Shown here piece after piece: positions 29,502 through 38,210 of a stretch of 64,000 bases of DNA; positions within the stretch are counted from its first letter, which is position 1, and every line of letters begins with the position of its first letter. Source of the stretch: Vicinamibacteria bacterium. Its GTDB lineage: Bacteria > Acidobacteriota > Vicinamibacteria > Marinacidobacterales > Marinacidobacteraceae. The position numbers were made by a program, and so were the translations under genes. The stretch spans positions 480,001-544,000 of the forward strand of contig OY821641.1 in NCBI GenBank assembly GCA_963555995.3. The letters are read 5' to 3'. The notes beneath the pieces are model-generated. The model saw only the letters and a list, made by a program, of their open reading frames with translations, was not told where the DNA came from and ran no database searches.

Positions 29502-30556
29502 TCCTGATCGGCAGGCCGGCGCGCCACGAAACAGTAGAGCGGCGTGAAGATCCCCGTCCTGCCCCCCGCGACGTAGGCGTTCGCGGTCCGGTCCAGGAGC
29601 GCGACCACCTCCGCCGAACCCTTCGGGAACATGCCGAGGAACTCGGCGATCCGGATCCCCCACCGCAGCGCCTTGCGGCCCAGCGGAATCCGGCGGAAAG
29701 CGCTGCCGGGCAGCCCGCGCTGCGTTTCCATGGGCTGATACCACGGCGTCTCCGCACTGCCCTCGTGGACGGCGAGGTCCGTACCCTCCACGACTTCGAA
29801 TCCCGCGGTTTCGAGCGCCCGGTTCACCTCCCCGAACGTTGCGATGTCCTTGAGCGCGATGCCGTGCCTGAGCTCCCGTTCGATGGCGCGGTGCCGGCCG
29901 TTCCCGGGGTCGTACAGCTCCGTCATGCACATTTCCTGACCCCAGAGGAGGGCTCCGGGTTTCAGGACCCGGTAGATCTCGGCGAACGCGCCCGCCTTGT
30001 CGGCCGCGTGGCAGGTTGATTCGATCGCGTAGCCGCGGTCGAAGGTCCGGCCCGCGATCTCGCCCATGTCCATGAAGCTGCACCGGAGCAGATCGGTCCG
30101 GGCATCGAGCCCCGCGGCGGCGTTCAGCCGCCTGGCCTTGTTGCACTGGACCTCACTGGCGTTGATCCCGACAACCCGGACTCCGGCCTCCCGGGCGACG
30201 CGGCGCATCGGACCGCCGATCCCGCAGCCGACATCAACCACCGTCATCCCCGGCCGCAGTTCGAGCTTGGAGATCATGAGTCGCTGGTGCCGGATCTTGG
30301 AGTCCTCCAGACTCTCGCCGGGCGACAGCGGCGCGAAGTGCAGGGATTCTCCCCAACCCCAGACCATGAACGCGGTACAGAGGTCGTAGTACTCCTGGAC
30401 CGTCCGTGCGTGGTCGTACCCCTCGTCGGCGCCATCCTCCCGGGATGCCCTGCCGGTCCATCCTTCGAGGTCCCGTACCCGGCTCGGGACGTCCGATCCT
30501 GCGAACGCGGTCTTGAGCCCATCGGACAGTTCACGAATGTCCCGCGTGAGCTTCAT
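29498..30556 (-). CDS. Sterol 24-C-methyltransferase-like (ERG6/SMT family) SAM-dependent methyltransferase
   Basis: YYD....WGWGESLHFA (SMT region I), VDVGCGIGGP (SAM-binding), YAIESTCHA (region III), RVLKPG, and a Sterol_MT_C-like tail PWYQP...FRRIPLGR...PKGSAEV...GGRTGIFTPLYCFVARRP. Confidence 0.88.
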   Translation of the reverse strand: MKLTRDIRELSDGLKTAFAGSDVPSRVRDLEGWTGRASREDGADEGYDHARTVQEYYDLCTAFMVWGWGESLHFAPLSPGESLEDSKIRHQRLMISKLELRPGMTVVDVGCGIGGPMRRVAREAGVRVVGINASEVQCNKARRLNAAAGLDARTDLLRCSFMDMGEIAGRTFDRGYAIESTCHAADKAGAFAEIYRVLKPGALLWGQEMCMTELYDPGNGRHRAIERELRHGIALKDIATFGEVNRALETAGFEVVEGTDLAVHEGSAETPWYQPMETQRGLPGSAFRRIPLGRKALRWGIRIAEFLGMFPKGSAEVVALLDRTANAYVAGGRTGIFTPLYCFVARRPADQD

Positions 30557-31010
30557 GGCGAGTGCTGGCCCGCTTCCGGGTCTCGGCCAGCCGGACTTGC
30601 GAGACCGGCGGTTCGCGGCGGGGGCGGATGAAGACGGGGACCAGCGCGTCGCGTGTCCGTAGGCGGTCGCGGGAATGGAGGGCGCATAGCCACCACGTCA
30701 GCCGGAACCCGGATTTCCCATCCCCCCAAGGCAGTGGCTAGTGTACTGGAGGGATTGCGGTTCGCGCGCCGAAGGAGATGGACGGATGCCCAGGAAACGC
30801 CGGGTCTCGCCGTTTCCGGCAGTATCCGAGGTGCTCTCCGGAGGCCCGGATCACCGGCGTCAAGGAGCCGCCGCCGGCCGATGACGTCGGCGGCGCACCG
30901 GACGCGGAACGCGCCGCCGGGCGCCGACACCCGCGGCTGGAAGTACTGACAGGCGGTCGTACGCCGTCCGGGTTGAGAAGTGCGGCTCCCGAGAGAGTCG
31001 GATCAAAAGC

Positions 31011-32279
31011 ATGCCTGACGACGGACCGGGCCGGGTCTTCCGGCGGTCGCGGCCGTTCCTGACGGCGCTTCTGTTCGCCGGCTACGCGGGCTACTACCTC
31101 GGCCGGGTCACCGTTCCGGTCGCGCTGCCGCTCATCGGCGAAGCCTTCGACTACTCGAACACCCAGACCGGCCTGATCCTCTCCGTGTACTTCGCGGTGT
31201 ACGCGGCCTCGAAGCTCGTGAACGGTTTCCTGGGCGACCGGATCGGCGGCAAGGCGATGTTCTTCATCGGGCTCTTCGGGTCCGTCCTGATGAACGCGGC
31301 CTTCGGGTTCGGCCGGGAACTCTTCCTTTTCGTGGCGATCTGGGGGGTCAACGCCTACTTCCAGACGATGGGCTGGCTCGCGGTGATGCCGATCATGGCC
31401 CGCTGGTACCCCAGCCGGGAGAGCGGCCGCGTGATGGGCTTCATGTCCATCAGCTATCAACTCGGCGACTTCCTCGCCCGCGCGTTGGCGTCGGTGCTGA
31501 TCGTGGCGCTCGGGTGGTCGGGCCTGTTCTGGGCGCACGCCGTCCTGCTCGCCCTGTTCGGTTTGGCGCTCTACCGTTTCATCAAACCCGAGCCGCCGCC
31601 GGCAATCCGTCCGGCCGCCGGGCGGGAGGCGCAGCCGGAGCCGGCGGCTCCGGGAGCCGAACGGAGGCGATCGCGCCGCCGGATGCTCACGAGTCCGGCC
31701 TTCTGGATCCTGTGCGCGAGCTACGTCCTGCTTTCCGTCGTCCGTTACAGCTTCTGGGGCTGGTCCGTGGACTATCTGGTGCAGGCCGGCGCCGGGATCG
31801 GCGCGGCGGCCGCGACCTCCGCGCTCTTCCCGCTGCTCGGCTCGGCCGGCTCGATCACCGCGGGGTGGGTCTCCGACCGGCTGGACGCGCGCCGGGGGCC
31901 GGTGCTCGCCGTCATGTGCGCGGTGCTGACCCTTTCCATCGTCGTCTTCAGCCGCCTGCCGGCCACCGAAGGGCCGTGGCTCGCGGCCGCCCTCGGACTC
32001 GTGGGTTTCACGCTCTACGGCCCCTATTCGCTGATGTCGGGGGCCATGGTCATGGATTTCGGGGGAAAGGAGGCCTCGGCTTCCGCTTCGGGGATCGTGG
32101 ACGGGATCGGGGCGGCGGGCGCCATCTTCGCGGGCGTCGGGATGGGGTACCTGATAGACGCCCATGGCTGGGACGGCGCGTTTGGCATCATCGTGGCGAT
32201 GGCTTCGCTGGCGACCGTCCTCAACGCGCTGCTCTGGCGCCACCGGCCGCTGCGCGCGGCAACGGATCAGGAGGACTGA
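31011..32279 (+). CDS. MFS transporter (organophosphate:Pi antiporter, GlpT/UhpC-like)
   Basis: YYLGR, GFLGDRIG, RWYPSRESG and GWVSDRL motifs; about 12 TM segments. Confidence 0.88.
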   Translation: MPDDGPGRVFRRSRPFLTALLFAGYAGYYLGRVTVPVALPLIGEAFDYSNTQTGLILSVYFAVYAASKLVNGFLGDRIGGKAMFFIGLFGSVLMNAAFGFGRELFLFVAIWGVNAYFQTMGWLAVMPIMARWYPSRESGRVMGFMSISYQLGDFLARALASVLIVALGWSGLFWAHAVLLALFGLALYRFIKPEPPPAIRPAAGREAQPEPAAPGAERRRSRRRMLTSPAFWILCASYVLLSVVRYSFWGWSVDYLVQAGAGIGAAAATSALFPLLGSAGSITAGWVSDRLDARRGPVLAVMCAVLTLSIVVFSRLPATEGPWLAAALGLVGFTLYGPYSLMSGAMVMDFGGKEASASASGIVDGIGAAGAIFAGVGMGYLIDAHGWDGAFGIIVAMASLATVLNALLWRHRPLRAATDQED

Positions 32280-32280
32280 C

Positions 32281-33294
32281 ATGCAGGCGTCCCGCTGGCT
32301 CAATGCCGTGGACACCCACACCGAGGGGGAACCCACCCGGATCATCACCGGCGGGGTCGGCCATCTGGCCGGCGCGACCATCTCCGAAAAGCGGGACTCC
32401 TTCCGGCGCCGCCTGGACCACCTCCGTACCGCGCTCCTCCACGAGCCGCGGGGCCACCGGGACATGTTCGGCTGCATGTTGACCGAGCCGGCGGGAAGCG
32501 ACGCCGAATTCGGCATGTTCTTCATGGACGGCGGCGGCTACCAGGACATGTGCGGCCACGCGACCATCGGGGTTTCGACGGCGCTCGTCGAACTGGGGAT
32601 GGCTCCCGGCGAGGGGCCGCGCCGCCGCATCCGGTTCGAGACCCCGGCCGGACCCGTCGAATCGGTCGTGGCGGTCGAAGACGGCCGGGCCGTCTCGGTC
32701 ACCTTCCGCGGCGTCCCTTCGTTCGCGGCGCACCTGAACGCCTCCCTGCCGGTGCCCGGGATCGGCGACCTGGAGGTGGACGTCGCCTACGGTGGCAACT
32801 GGTTCGTCTATGTGGACGCCAGCGAGCTGGGACTCGAGGTGTCGCTCCGGAACATCCGCGAGGTCGTGGACCTGGGGATGCGGGTGCGGGAAGCCGCGAA
32901 CCGGACCCTGCCCGTCCGCCATCCGGAGATCCCCGGGAGCGACCACATCAACATCGCCACTGTGCTGGCGCGCCCCGAGGACCCCGCGGCCACCTATCGG
33001 AACGTACACGTCTTCGGACCGGGTCAGTTCGACCGCTCGCCCGGCGGCACCGGCAACTGCGCCCGCCTGGCGGTGCTGCACCGGAAGGGGGAGCTGGGCC
33101 CGGACCGCTCGGTGCGCATCGAGAGCGTGACCGGCGGGATGTTCGTGGCGCGGATGCTTGGGGAGACCCGGGTTGGGGACCGGCAAGCCGTCGTGCCGGA
33201 AATCACGGGTTCCGCGCACGTCACCGGGTTCCACCAGTTCCCGCTGGATCCCCGCGACCGCCTGATCCACGGCTTCTCGACGGAGTCGGCATAA
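32281..33294 (+). CDS. Proline racemase/hydroxyproline epimerase family protein
   Basis: DTHTEGEPTR, EPRGHRDM, MCGH, DVAYGGN and DRSP(G)GTG motifs; GGAGGA RBS before ATG 32281. Confidence 0.92.
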   Translation: MQASRWLNAVDTHTEGEPTRIITGGVGHLAGATISEKRDSFRRRLDHLRTALLHEPRGHRDMFGCMLTEPAGSDAEFGMFFMDGGGYQDMCGHATIGVSTALVELGMAPGEGPRRRIRFETPAGPVESVVAVEDGRAVSVTFRGVPSFAAHLNASLPVPGIGDLEVDVAYGGNWFVYVDASELGLEVSLRNIREVVDLGMRVREAANRTLPVRHPEIPGSDHINIATVLARPEDPAATYRNVHVFGPGQFDRSPGGTGNCARLAVLHRKGELGPDRSVRIESVTGGMFVARMLGETRVGDRQAVVPEITGSAHVTGFHQFPLDPRDRLIHGFSTESA

Positions 33295-33297
33295 CCG

Positions 33298-33349
33298 CTT
33301 GGAACGCCGGTCTCCAGACCGGCACGCCCGGTGCTCCGCACCGCGCACG
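33298..33349. repeat. REP-like palindrome (variant B) between convergent genes
   Basis: ttggaacgccggtctccagaccggcacgcccggtgctccgcaccgcgcacg. Confidence 0.75.
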
Positions 33350-33374
33350 TCCCGCCCCCACCCGGACAAGGCGG

Positions 33375-34157
33375 CTATCCCGGTTCTTCGCGGAGCGTCA
33401 GCGTCAGGGTCGCGAACGGCGCCTCCCGAACCGAAGCGGGAAGTTCCCGGATGGGGCCGATCGGCTCGTGGGGGGTCACGTCGGCGTCCGGGGCGGTGAA
33501 TGTCACCCCGCTGTCGGTTCCCGCGTCGTAGCCGACCAGATCCATCTCGATCCGTTCCTTCCAGCAACCGTCTTCCATCAGGGGCATCCCGCTAACCCCG
33601 ACGAACCAGTCGGGGCTGGGCGCGATCATCGAGACCAGGGTCACGAGCGGGTGTTCGTCCGCCGCCTCGAAAGACAGCCCGGCCGATCCCGGCGACGGGA
33701 AGGAAGGCTCCGCGCCTCGCACGCAGGTGGTGCTCCCGCCGCGATCCGCTTCCTCGGCGATTTCCCGGCAGAGCGAGGACACGCTGCCGGTCTCGGCCAT
33801 GCTCTCGATGCCCGGAGTGGCAGTGCCGCCGGAACTCCAGAACGAGACCTCGGGCGCATGGGCGGCCCCCACGACCCGCGAGAAGTGCGGGTTGGACGGG
33901 AAGGGCGGCCGGCTGCCGTGCGAGGACGCATTCCAGACCGCCCGGAAGGTCACCGCGTAGGTCGCTGCATCGGGGCACTCGGGTTCCGGCATCGGCTCCG
34001 GAGGCGGCGGAGCCGGCGCCGGGGGTGCGGGCGCCGGAGCCGGCGCCGGCGTGGAGGGTGCATCGGACCCGCAGGCGAGCGCGAACAAGGCGAGAACGAG
34101 GCAGGCCAATATCCCGCGGAGCGGGGTGCTGGTTGTTGCTTGAGGGGGTACGAACAT
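33375..34157 (-). CDS. Spondin_N domain lipoprotein
   Basis: Lipobox LALAC; Pro-rich linker; YAVTFRAVW, HFSRVVGAAH, SMIAPSPDWFVG and YDAGTDSG spondin/mindin motifs. Confidence 0.9.
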   Translation of the reverse strand: MFVPPQATTSTPLRGILACLVLALFALACGSDAPSTPAPAPAPAPPAPAPPPPEPMPEPECPDAATYAVTFRAVWNASSHGSRPPFPSNPHFSRVVGAAHAPEVSFWSSGGTATPGIESMAETGSVSSLCREIAEEADRGGSTTCVRGAEPSFPSPGSAGLSFEAADEHPLVTLVSMIAPSPDWFVGVSGMPLMEDGCWKERIEMDLVGYDAGTDSGVTFTAPDADVTPHEPIGPIRELPASVREAPFATLTLTLREEPG

Positions 34158-34168
34158 TTGACGCCAAG

Positions 34169-34355
34169 TTAGCAGCCTGTGGCAAAACCCTCGTGGCGTT
34201 CAAGCGTTGATGCATCCCCGCTGAACCGCGCCGCTGTGCGGCGCTCGGCGTTGCGTTTCGGTCGGAATACACTCGGTATTCCTCCCTCACGCGCCTTGTC
34301 AGCGGGGCGCTTCACCGCTCTCGGCGCTCACGGGGGTTTCACCACAGGCTGTTAA
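34169..34355 (-). repeat. 187-bp structured dispersed element, copy 3 (opposite orientation)
   Basis: ttagcagcctgtggcaaaacc...ggtttcaccacaggctgttaa. Confidence 0.9.
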
Positions 34356-34442
34356 CACCCGGTGGAGAGAGTGGCGTGAGCACCGGGCCGGGAGAAACGA
34401 CGGCACCGAACTTTGTTCGCTGCCCGCGTGATCGGGGGAAAG

Positions 34443-34467
34443 TGTGAAAGGGGATCTCCCCTTTCAC
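34443..34467. promoter_or_regulatory. Perfect 10-bp inverted repeat (possible operator or hairpin)
   Basis: tgtgaaaggg-atctc-ccctttcaca in an AT-richer intergenic stretch upstream of the spondin gene. Confidence 0.4.
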
Positions 34468-34671
34468 AAGAAGGCAACGACGAATCGGAACTCGCCGCCG
34501 CCCGGGAGGTGAGGTTGGTGCAATGGGACTGGACTCCGGGGTGCGCGGCGGGAGTTTCGGTTCGCGGCGCGAAGCGCCGGGCGGTCCCCGGGCAGGGCCT
34601 CGAGAAACCTGGGTGGATGGGGCCCCGTCCGGTTTTTCGCCGCGGCCCTGTACGGGGATCGCTCGTGGGTT

Positions 34672-36675
34672 TCAGCGGATCAGGAAGGGGAGTTCTCCGA
34701 CTGCCGAGCGGTTGCGGCGGTCGTCGGTGACCCGGATTACCGCGGTGTACCTCCCGGCCCGGAGGGGCCCGGTCTGGAGCGGCAGCATGATCGGCGTCCC
34801 CTCCAGGCGACCCGGATCGAGATCGAAGCGTCCCGGCCGTTCGGCCTCGACCGCCACTTCGCCGATGGCGTTCCGGATCTCGTAGGCCACCCGCACCTGG
34901 GAGACCGGGTCGTCGCGCCCCGGAAAGATGAAGAAGGCCACCCGGGCGTCCTCCGCCTGCGCAAACGTGGCGACGGGCCTCACCGGCGGGCCGGTGACTT
35001 CCGGTCCGTGCGCCTCGGCGACGAACGGGAAGACGCTCGAGAGCGAGAAGCTCTCGCCGAGTCCCGTCGGGATGATCAGTTGCGAGGATGCGGCGTGAAC
35101 GTTCCGGCCGCCCCGCTCGACCACCAGCTCGAGCTGATGCTCCCCGGAGGGCAGTTCCGCCGGTGTCGAAATCCAGAAGCGGCGGATGTCCACCGCGCCG
35201 GCCGCCTCGGTCAGGACCGTCCCGCCGGGCCCCACCACGCGCAGCCGCGCCTCGGCGGGCTCTTCCACGTACGACTCCGGCAACGCCGCGGCGAGCACCC
35301 CGAAGGCGCCGTGGGGACTGGGATTCAGCAGGTAGGCGTAGGTGCTGAGGTCCTCCGGGAACGCGTAGTCGTAATCGCCGCGCGCGGCCGCTTCGACCAC
35401 GTCTCCGCGCCGCCGCGCGTAGTACCCCGGACGGGCGATCACCCGCAGTCCGGGCCGGCCGCGAACCCGGACCTCGATCTGCCGGTACTCGCCGTCCAGT
35501 TCCGTCTTCGTTGGCGAGAACGACAGGAGGTAGTAGAGCTGGTTCTGGATGCCGATGCGGTTGAGCGCGACCGCGAAGTTCGTCTGGTTCGGGAAGTAGG
35601 TTCCCCCGGTCGCCACCGCGAGGGAGGCGGTGCCGCCCTCCATCGGAACGTTGGCCGCCGCATCCATGCGCGTCAAGGGGTGGTCGTCGGGTTCGACCGG
35701 CAGCGGGTTCCCCATCACGTCGAAGGCGTTCAGCGCAGGGTTCAGGATGTTGTTCTCGTTGCCGTACACCCCGGCGAGATTCACCGCGTAGAGCGTCGCG
35801 TTCGCGTGGTTCAACTGGAGGATCGCATCCCGGAGCGAGTTCGTCTCGTCCAGGGCGCGCCGTCCGGGGAACTCGTCCACTTCCGTGCCGGCGATCTCGC
35901 CGACGACCTGGCGGGGGTCCGCGAAGGTCTGGAGGTCCATGGACAGGAACACCACGATCTTGCGGCCTTCCACCCGCTCGAGCGCCTCCGCGAGCGCGAA
36001 GAGCATGCGGAAGGAGTCGCGGGCGTCGATTTCGGGACCGACCGGGCTCTGGTAGGTGCCCGGCACGATTCGCCGAACGTTGGCGAGCGTCTGCTCCTTG
36101 CCGGAATAGAACTCCTGGAGGACCCGGACGGTGTGCGCGAACTCCAGGATCATCGTCTCGTCCCCGTCCACCATGTGCTCGGTGACGAACTCCTCGAGTC
36201 CGCGCTTCGCCCGCCGCAGGTTCACCGGGTCGGCGCCGCGACGATTGAAGACGATCACGAACCGGCGGGGCGACGCGTTGCCGGCGCCGGCCGTTTCAAG
36301 CTCGGGCGCGGCCGGCTCGACCGCTTCCGGGATCGCCTCTCCCAGCTCGTAGCGCTCCCAGTCCACCACGTCGAGGCTCGCGACCCGCTGCGGTTCTCCG
36401 TCCTCAGCGAGTTCGAAGTCGTCGGGCGTGAGGCCGGGCACGGGCCGTCCGTCACCATCGAGCACCAGCACGTCCACGATGACCCGGGTGGCGGCGGCGC
36501 GGAAGCGGAAGGTCTGGGCCTGCGCTGCGGTAGCCGGCAGGACCATCCCGATCGCCGCCGCCAGCACCAGCCCGAACGCCCTCCGGGACGCCAGGCTGCT
36601 CACGATCCGCACATCGAACCTCCGAGCCATCGTACCGCGAAACGCGAGGCCGGAGCGACGGGGCAGCTTCCGCAT
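34672..36675 (-). CDS. VWA domain protein, acidobacterial VWFA-related type
   Basis: FRAAATRVIVDVLVLDGDGRPVPGLTPDDFELAEDG, GRKIVVFLS, LAVATGG and YYLLSFSP...RPGYYA motifs; the start may be slightly downstream. Confidence 0.88.
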   Translation of the reverse strand: MRKLPRRSGLAFRGTMARRFDVRIVSSLASRRAFGLVLAAAIGMVLPATAAQAQTFRFRAAATRVIVDVLVLDGDGRPVPGLTPDDFELAEDGEPQRVASLDVVDWERYELGEAIPEAVEPAAPELETAGAGNASPRRFVIVFNRRGADPVNLRRAKRGLEEFVTEHMVDGDETMILEFAHTVRVLQEFYSGKEQTLANVRRIVPGTYQSPVGPEIDARDSFRMLFALAEALERVEGRKIVVFLSMDLQTFADPRQVVGEIAGTEVDEFPGRRALDETNSLRDAILQLNHANATLYAVNLAGVYGNENNILNPALNAFDVMGNPLPVEPDDHPLTRMDAAANVPMEGGTASLAVATGGTYFPNQTNFAVALNRIGIQNQLYYLLSFSPTKTELDGEYRQIEVRVRGRPGLRVIARPGYYARRRGDVVEAAARGDYDYAFPEDLSTYAYLLNPSPHGAFGVLAAALPESYVEEPAEARLRVVGPGGTVLTEAAGAVDIRRFWISTPAELPSGEHQLELVVERGGRNVHAASSQLIIPTGLGESFSLSSVFPFVAEAHGPEVTGPPVRPVATFAQAEDARVAFFIFPGRDDPVSQVRVAYEIRNAIGEVAVEAERPGRFDLDPGRLEGTPIMLPLQTGPLRAGRYTAVIRVTDDRRNRSAVGELPFLIR

Positions 36676-36690
36676 TCGGCCAGGGCCGGA

Positions 36691-37860
36691 TCACTCCGGG
36701 ATGACGTGACCCGGACGGACGACCACCCGCAGACCGGGAATCCTGCGCACCCGGATTTCGTGGGGTTGGTAGCGGCCGGGGATGTTGGTCCCGAAGGGCG
36801 CGAAGCTGATTTCGTACCAGAGCCGGTTCGCGTGTTCGATGTCCTCCAGGATCCGGGCGAAGTCGGTCGCCTGGGCGGTGTAGGCGCCGCCGGTCTCGGA
36901 CGCGAGGGAGGAAAGGAAGTCGTCCGTGGGACGGCTGAAGGCATCCGTCCTGCGGCCCGAGAGGGATGCGGACGAGTTCCTGACCCGAAGCGTGGTGGTT
37001 CCCCGGCTGTCGCCGTAGGTCCTGACCGGCCCGGAGTACTCGTCCCGGCTGGCCGTCAGGATGCCCTCTTCCTGGCGTCCCGCGCCTTCGAGATGCACGG
37101 CGTAGATGGAGGCGTTGGCGGCGTTGAAGGCGTGGGCGAGCGCGCCCAGGGCGTCATCCGCGCCCGGCTTCGCTGAAGGCAGGTCGGCCCAGCCCCAGGG
37201 GGCCACCGGTTCGAGATAACCGCCCGGCGCCCCGGCGAACGTGCTGAGGCTTCCGGAGAAGAGCATGACCACCTTCCGTCCCGGGAGTTCACGGAGACGC
37301 TCGGCGAGCGCCTGGAGCATGAACGCGGTGTCGGCGGCGTCTTCGGCCGGGCCAACGGGACTCTGGAAGCCCATCGCGGTGATGTTGTGCACCTCGGGAA
37401 GCGTCTCGGCGCGTCCCGTCCGCCAACCGCGGGTGACGCGCGGCACCTCGGCGAAGTCCACGAAGAGGGCTTCGTCGTGGTTGTTGAAACGGCTGGAGAC
37501 GAAGTCCTCGAGTCCGTCCTTCATTCGGCGGAGTTGGGCCGGCAGGGCGCCCCGCCGGTTGACGACGAAGACGAAACGGCGTGGGGCAACGTCGGCCGCG
37601 ACCATCCGCGCGTCGGAGACCGGACGGACCCGCTCGCCGATGATGACTTCGAAGTCCCCGCGGTTCAGTCCGCGAACCGGGTTCCCGTCCTGGTCGAGTA
37701 CGAGCGCGTCCACCATGACCCGCGCCTCCTCGCCCGGTGGGGCGGCGAGAGAAAGTGACGCCGCCAGCAGAACCGCCAGGGAACACAGTGCGACAAGGGG
37801 CGGCGACGCGTTGCGGGCTCGCGCGTGAGCGTTGACAAGCGCCGGCAGTTGTTTCGACAT
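36691..37860 (-). CDS. VWA domain protein, acidobacterial VWFA-related type (paralogue)
   Basis: VDALVLDQDGNPVRGLNRGDFEV, LPGRKVVMLFS, LASETGG and WYEISFAP motifs; ATG at 37860. Confidence 0.85.
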   Translation of the reverse strand: MSKQLPALVNAHARARNASPPLVALCSLAVLLAASLSLAAPPGEEARVMVDALVLDQDGNPVRGLNRGDFEVIIGERVRPVSDARMVAADVAPRRFVFVVNRRGALPAQLRRMKDGLEDFVSSRFNNHDEALFVDFAEVPRVTRGWRTGRAETLPEVHNITAMGFQSPVGPAEDAADTAFMLQALAERLRELPGRKVVMLFSGSLSTFAGAPGGYLEPVAPWGWADLPSAKPGADDALGALAHAFNAANASIYAVHLEGAGRQEEGILTASRDEYSGPVRTYGDSRGTTTLRVRNSSASLSGRRTDAFSRPTDDFLSSLASETGGAYTAQATDFARILEDIEHANRLWYEISFAPFGTNIPGRYQPHEIRVRRIPGLRVVVRPGHVIPE

Positions 37861-38019
37861 GGGAGCGACCTCCGTCCGGATCACGATGCGAAGAGCACGT
37901 CCGGACCCGGAGGTCCGGGCGTCATGCGATGTCACGTCCGTGCAATTTCGTTGCCAGCACCGCCGGCCCGCGGGCGGTTCGTCGCTCCTTCGGGCGCGTT
38001 GGCGCGCGCCGCGGAGCCA

Positions 38020-38195
38020 TCCCGGCGAATGAGGCCCGTCCGGCCGCCCGCCTTCGGCGGGCGGTGCCGGCTGAAGCCGGCGTTCCAGGCCGTTTCCGCC
38101 GTTTTCATGCCCGGCGGGGTGCGCCGTAGGACACGCGTATGTGCGTGTCGCCTCCCTGCGGTCGCGGCGATGCCGGCCGGAGGCCGGCGCTCCGG
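38020..38195. repeat. Partial REPIN-like element (variant A arm plus flanking module) and a REP palindrome
   Basis: gcccgccttcggcgggcggtgccggctgaagccggcgttccaggccgtttccgccgttttcatgcccggcggggtg; second palindrome tgccggccggaggccggcgctcc near 38171. Confidence 0.75.
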
Positions 38196-38210
38196 GCCGG
38201 CGCTTCGAGC

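Noticed and set aside
18188-30556. De novo sterol biosynthesis or steroid degradation cluster
   Set aside because: No squalene epoxidase, oxidosqualene cyclase, ketosteroid dehydrogenase or ring-cleavage genes in the window; only tailoring and export functions are visible.
30740-30850. Glycine-riboswitch-like fragment (ggaggga...cgccgaaggag)
   Set aside because: The downstream conserved CUCUCAGG element and a second aptamer are not evident; aaggag may simply be an RBS for a short ORF.
30553-31062. Short ORFs between the SMT and MFS genes
   Set aside because: No recognisable motifs and conflicting frames; a small or degenerate gene cannot be excluded.
34358-34420. Riboswitch-like ggagaga/caccgaa motifs
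   Set aside because: Incomplete consensus, and oriented away from any downstream + strand gene.
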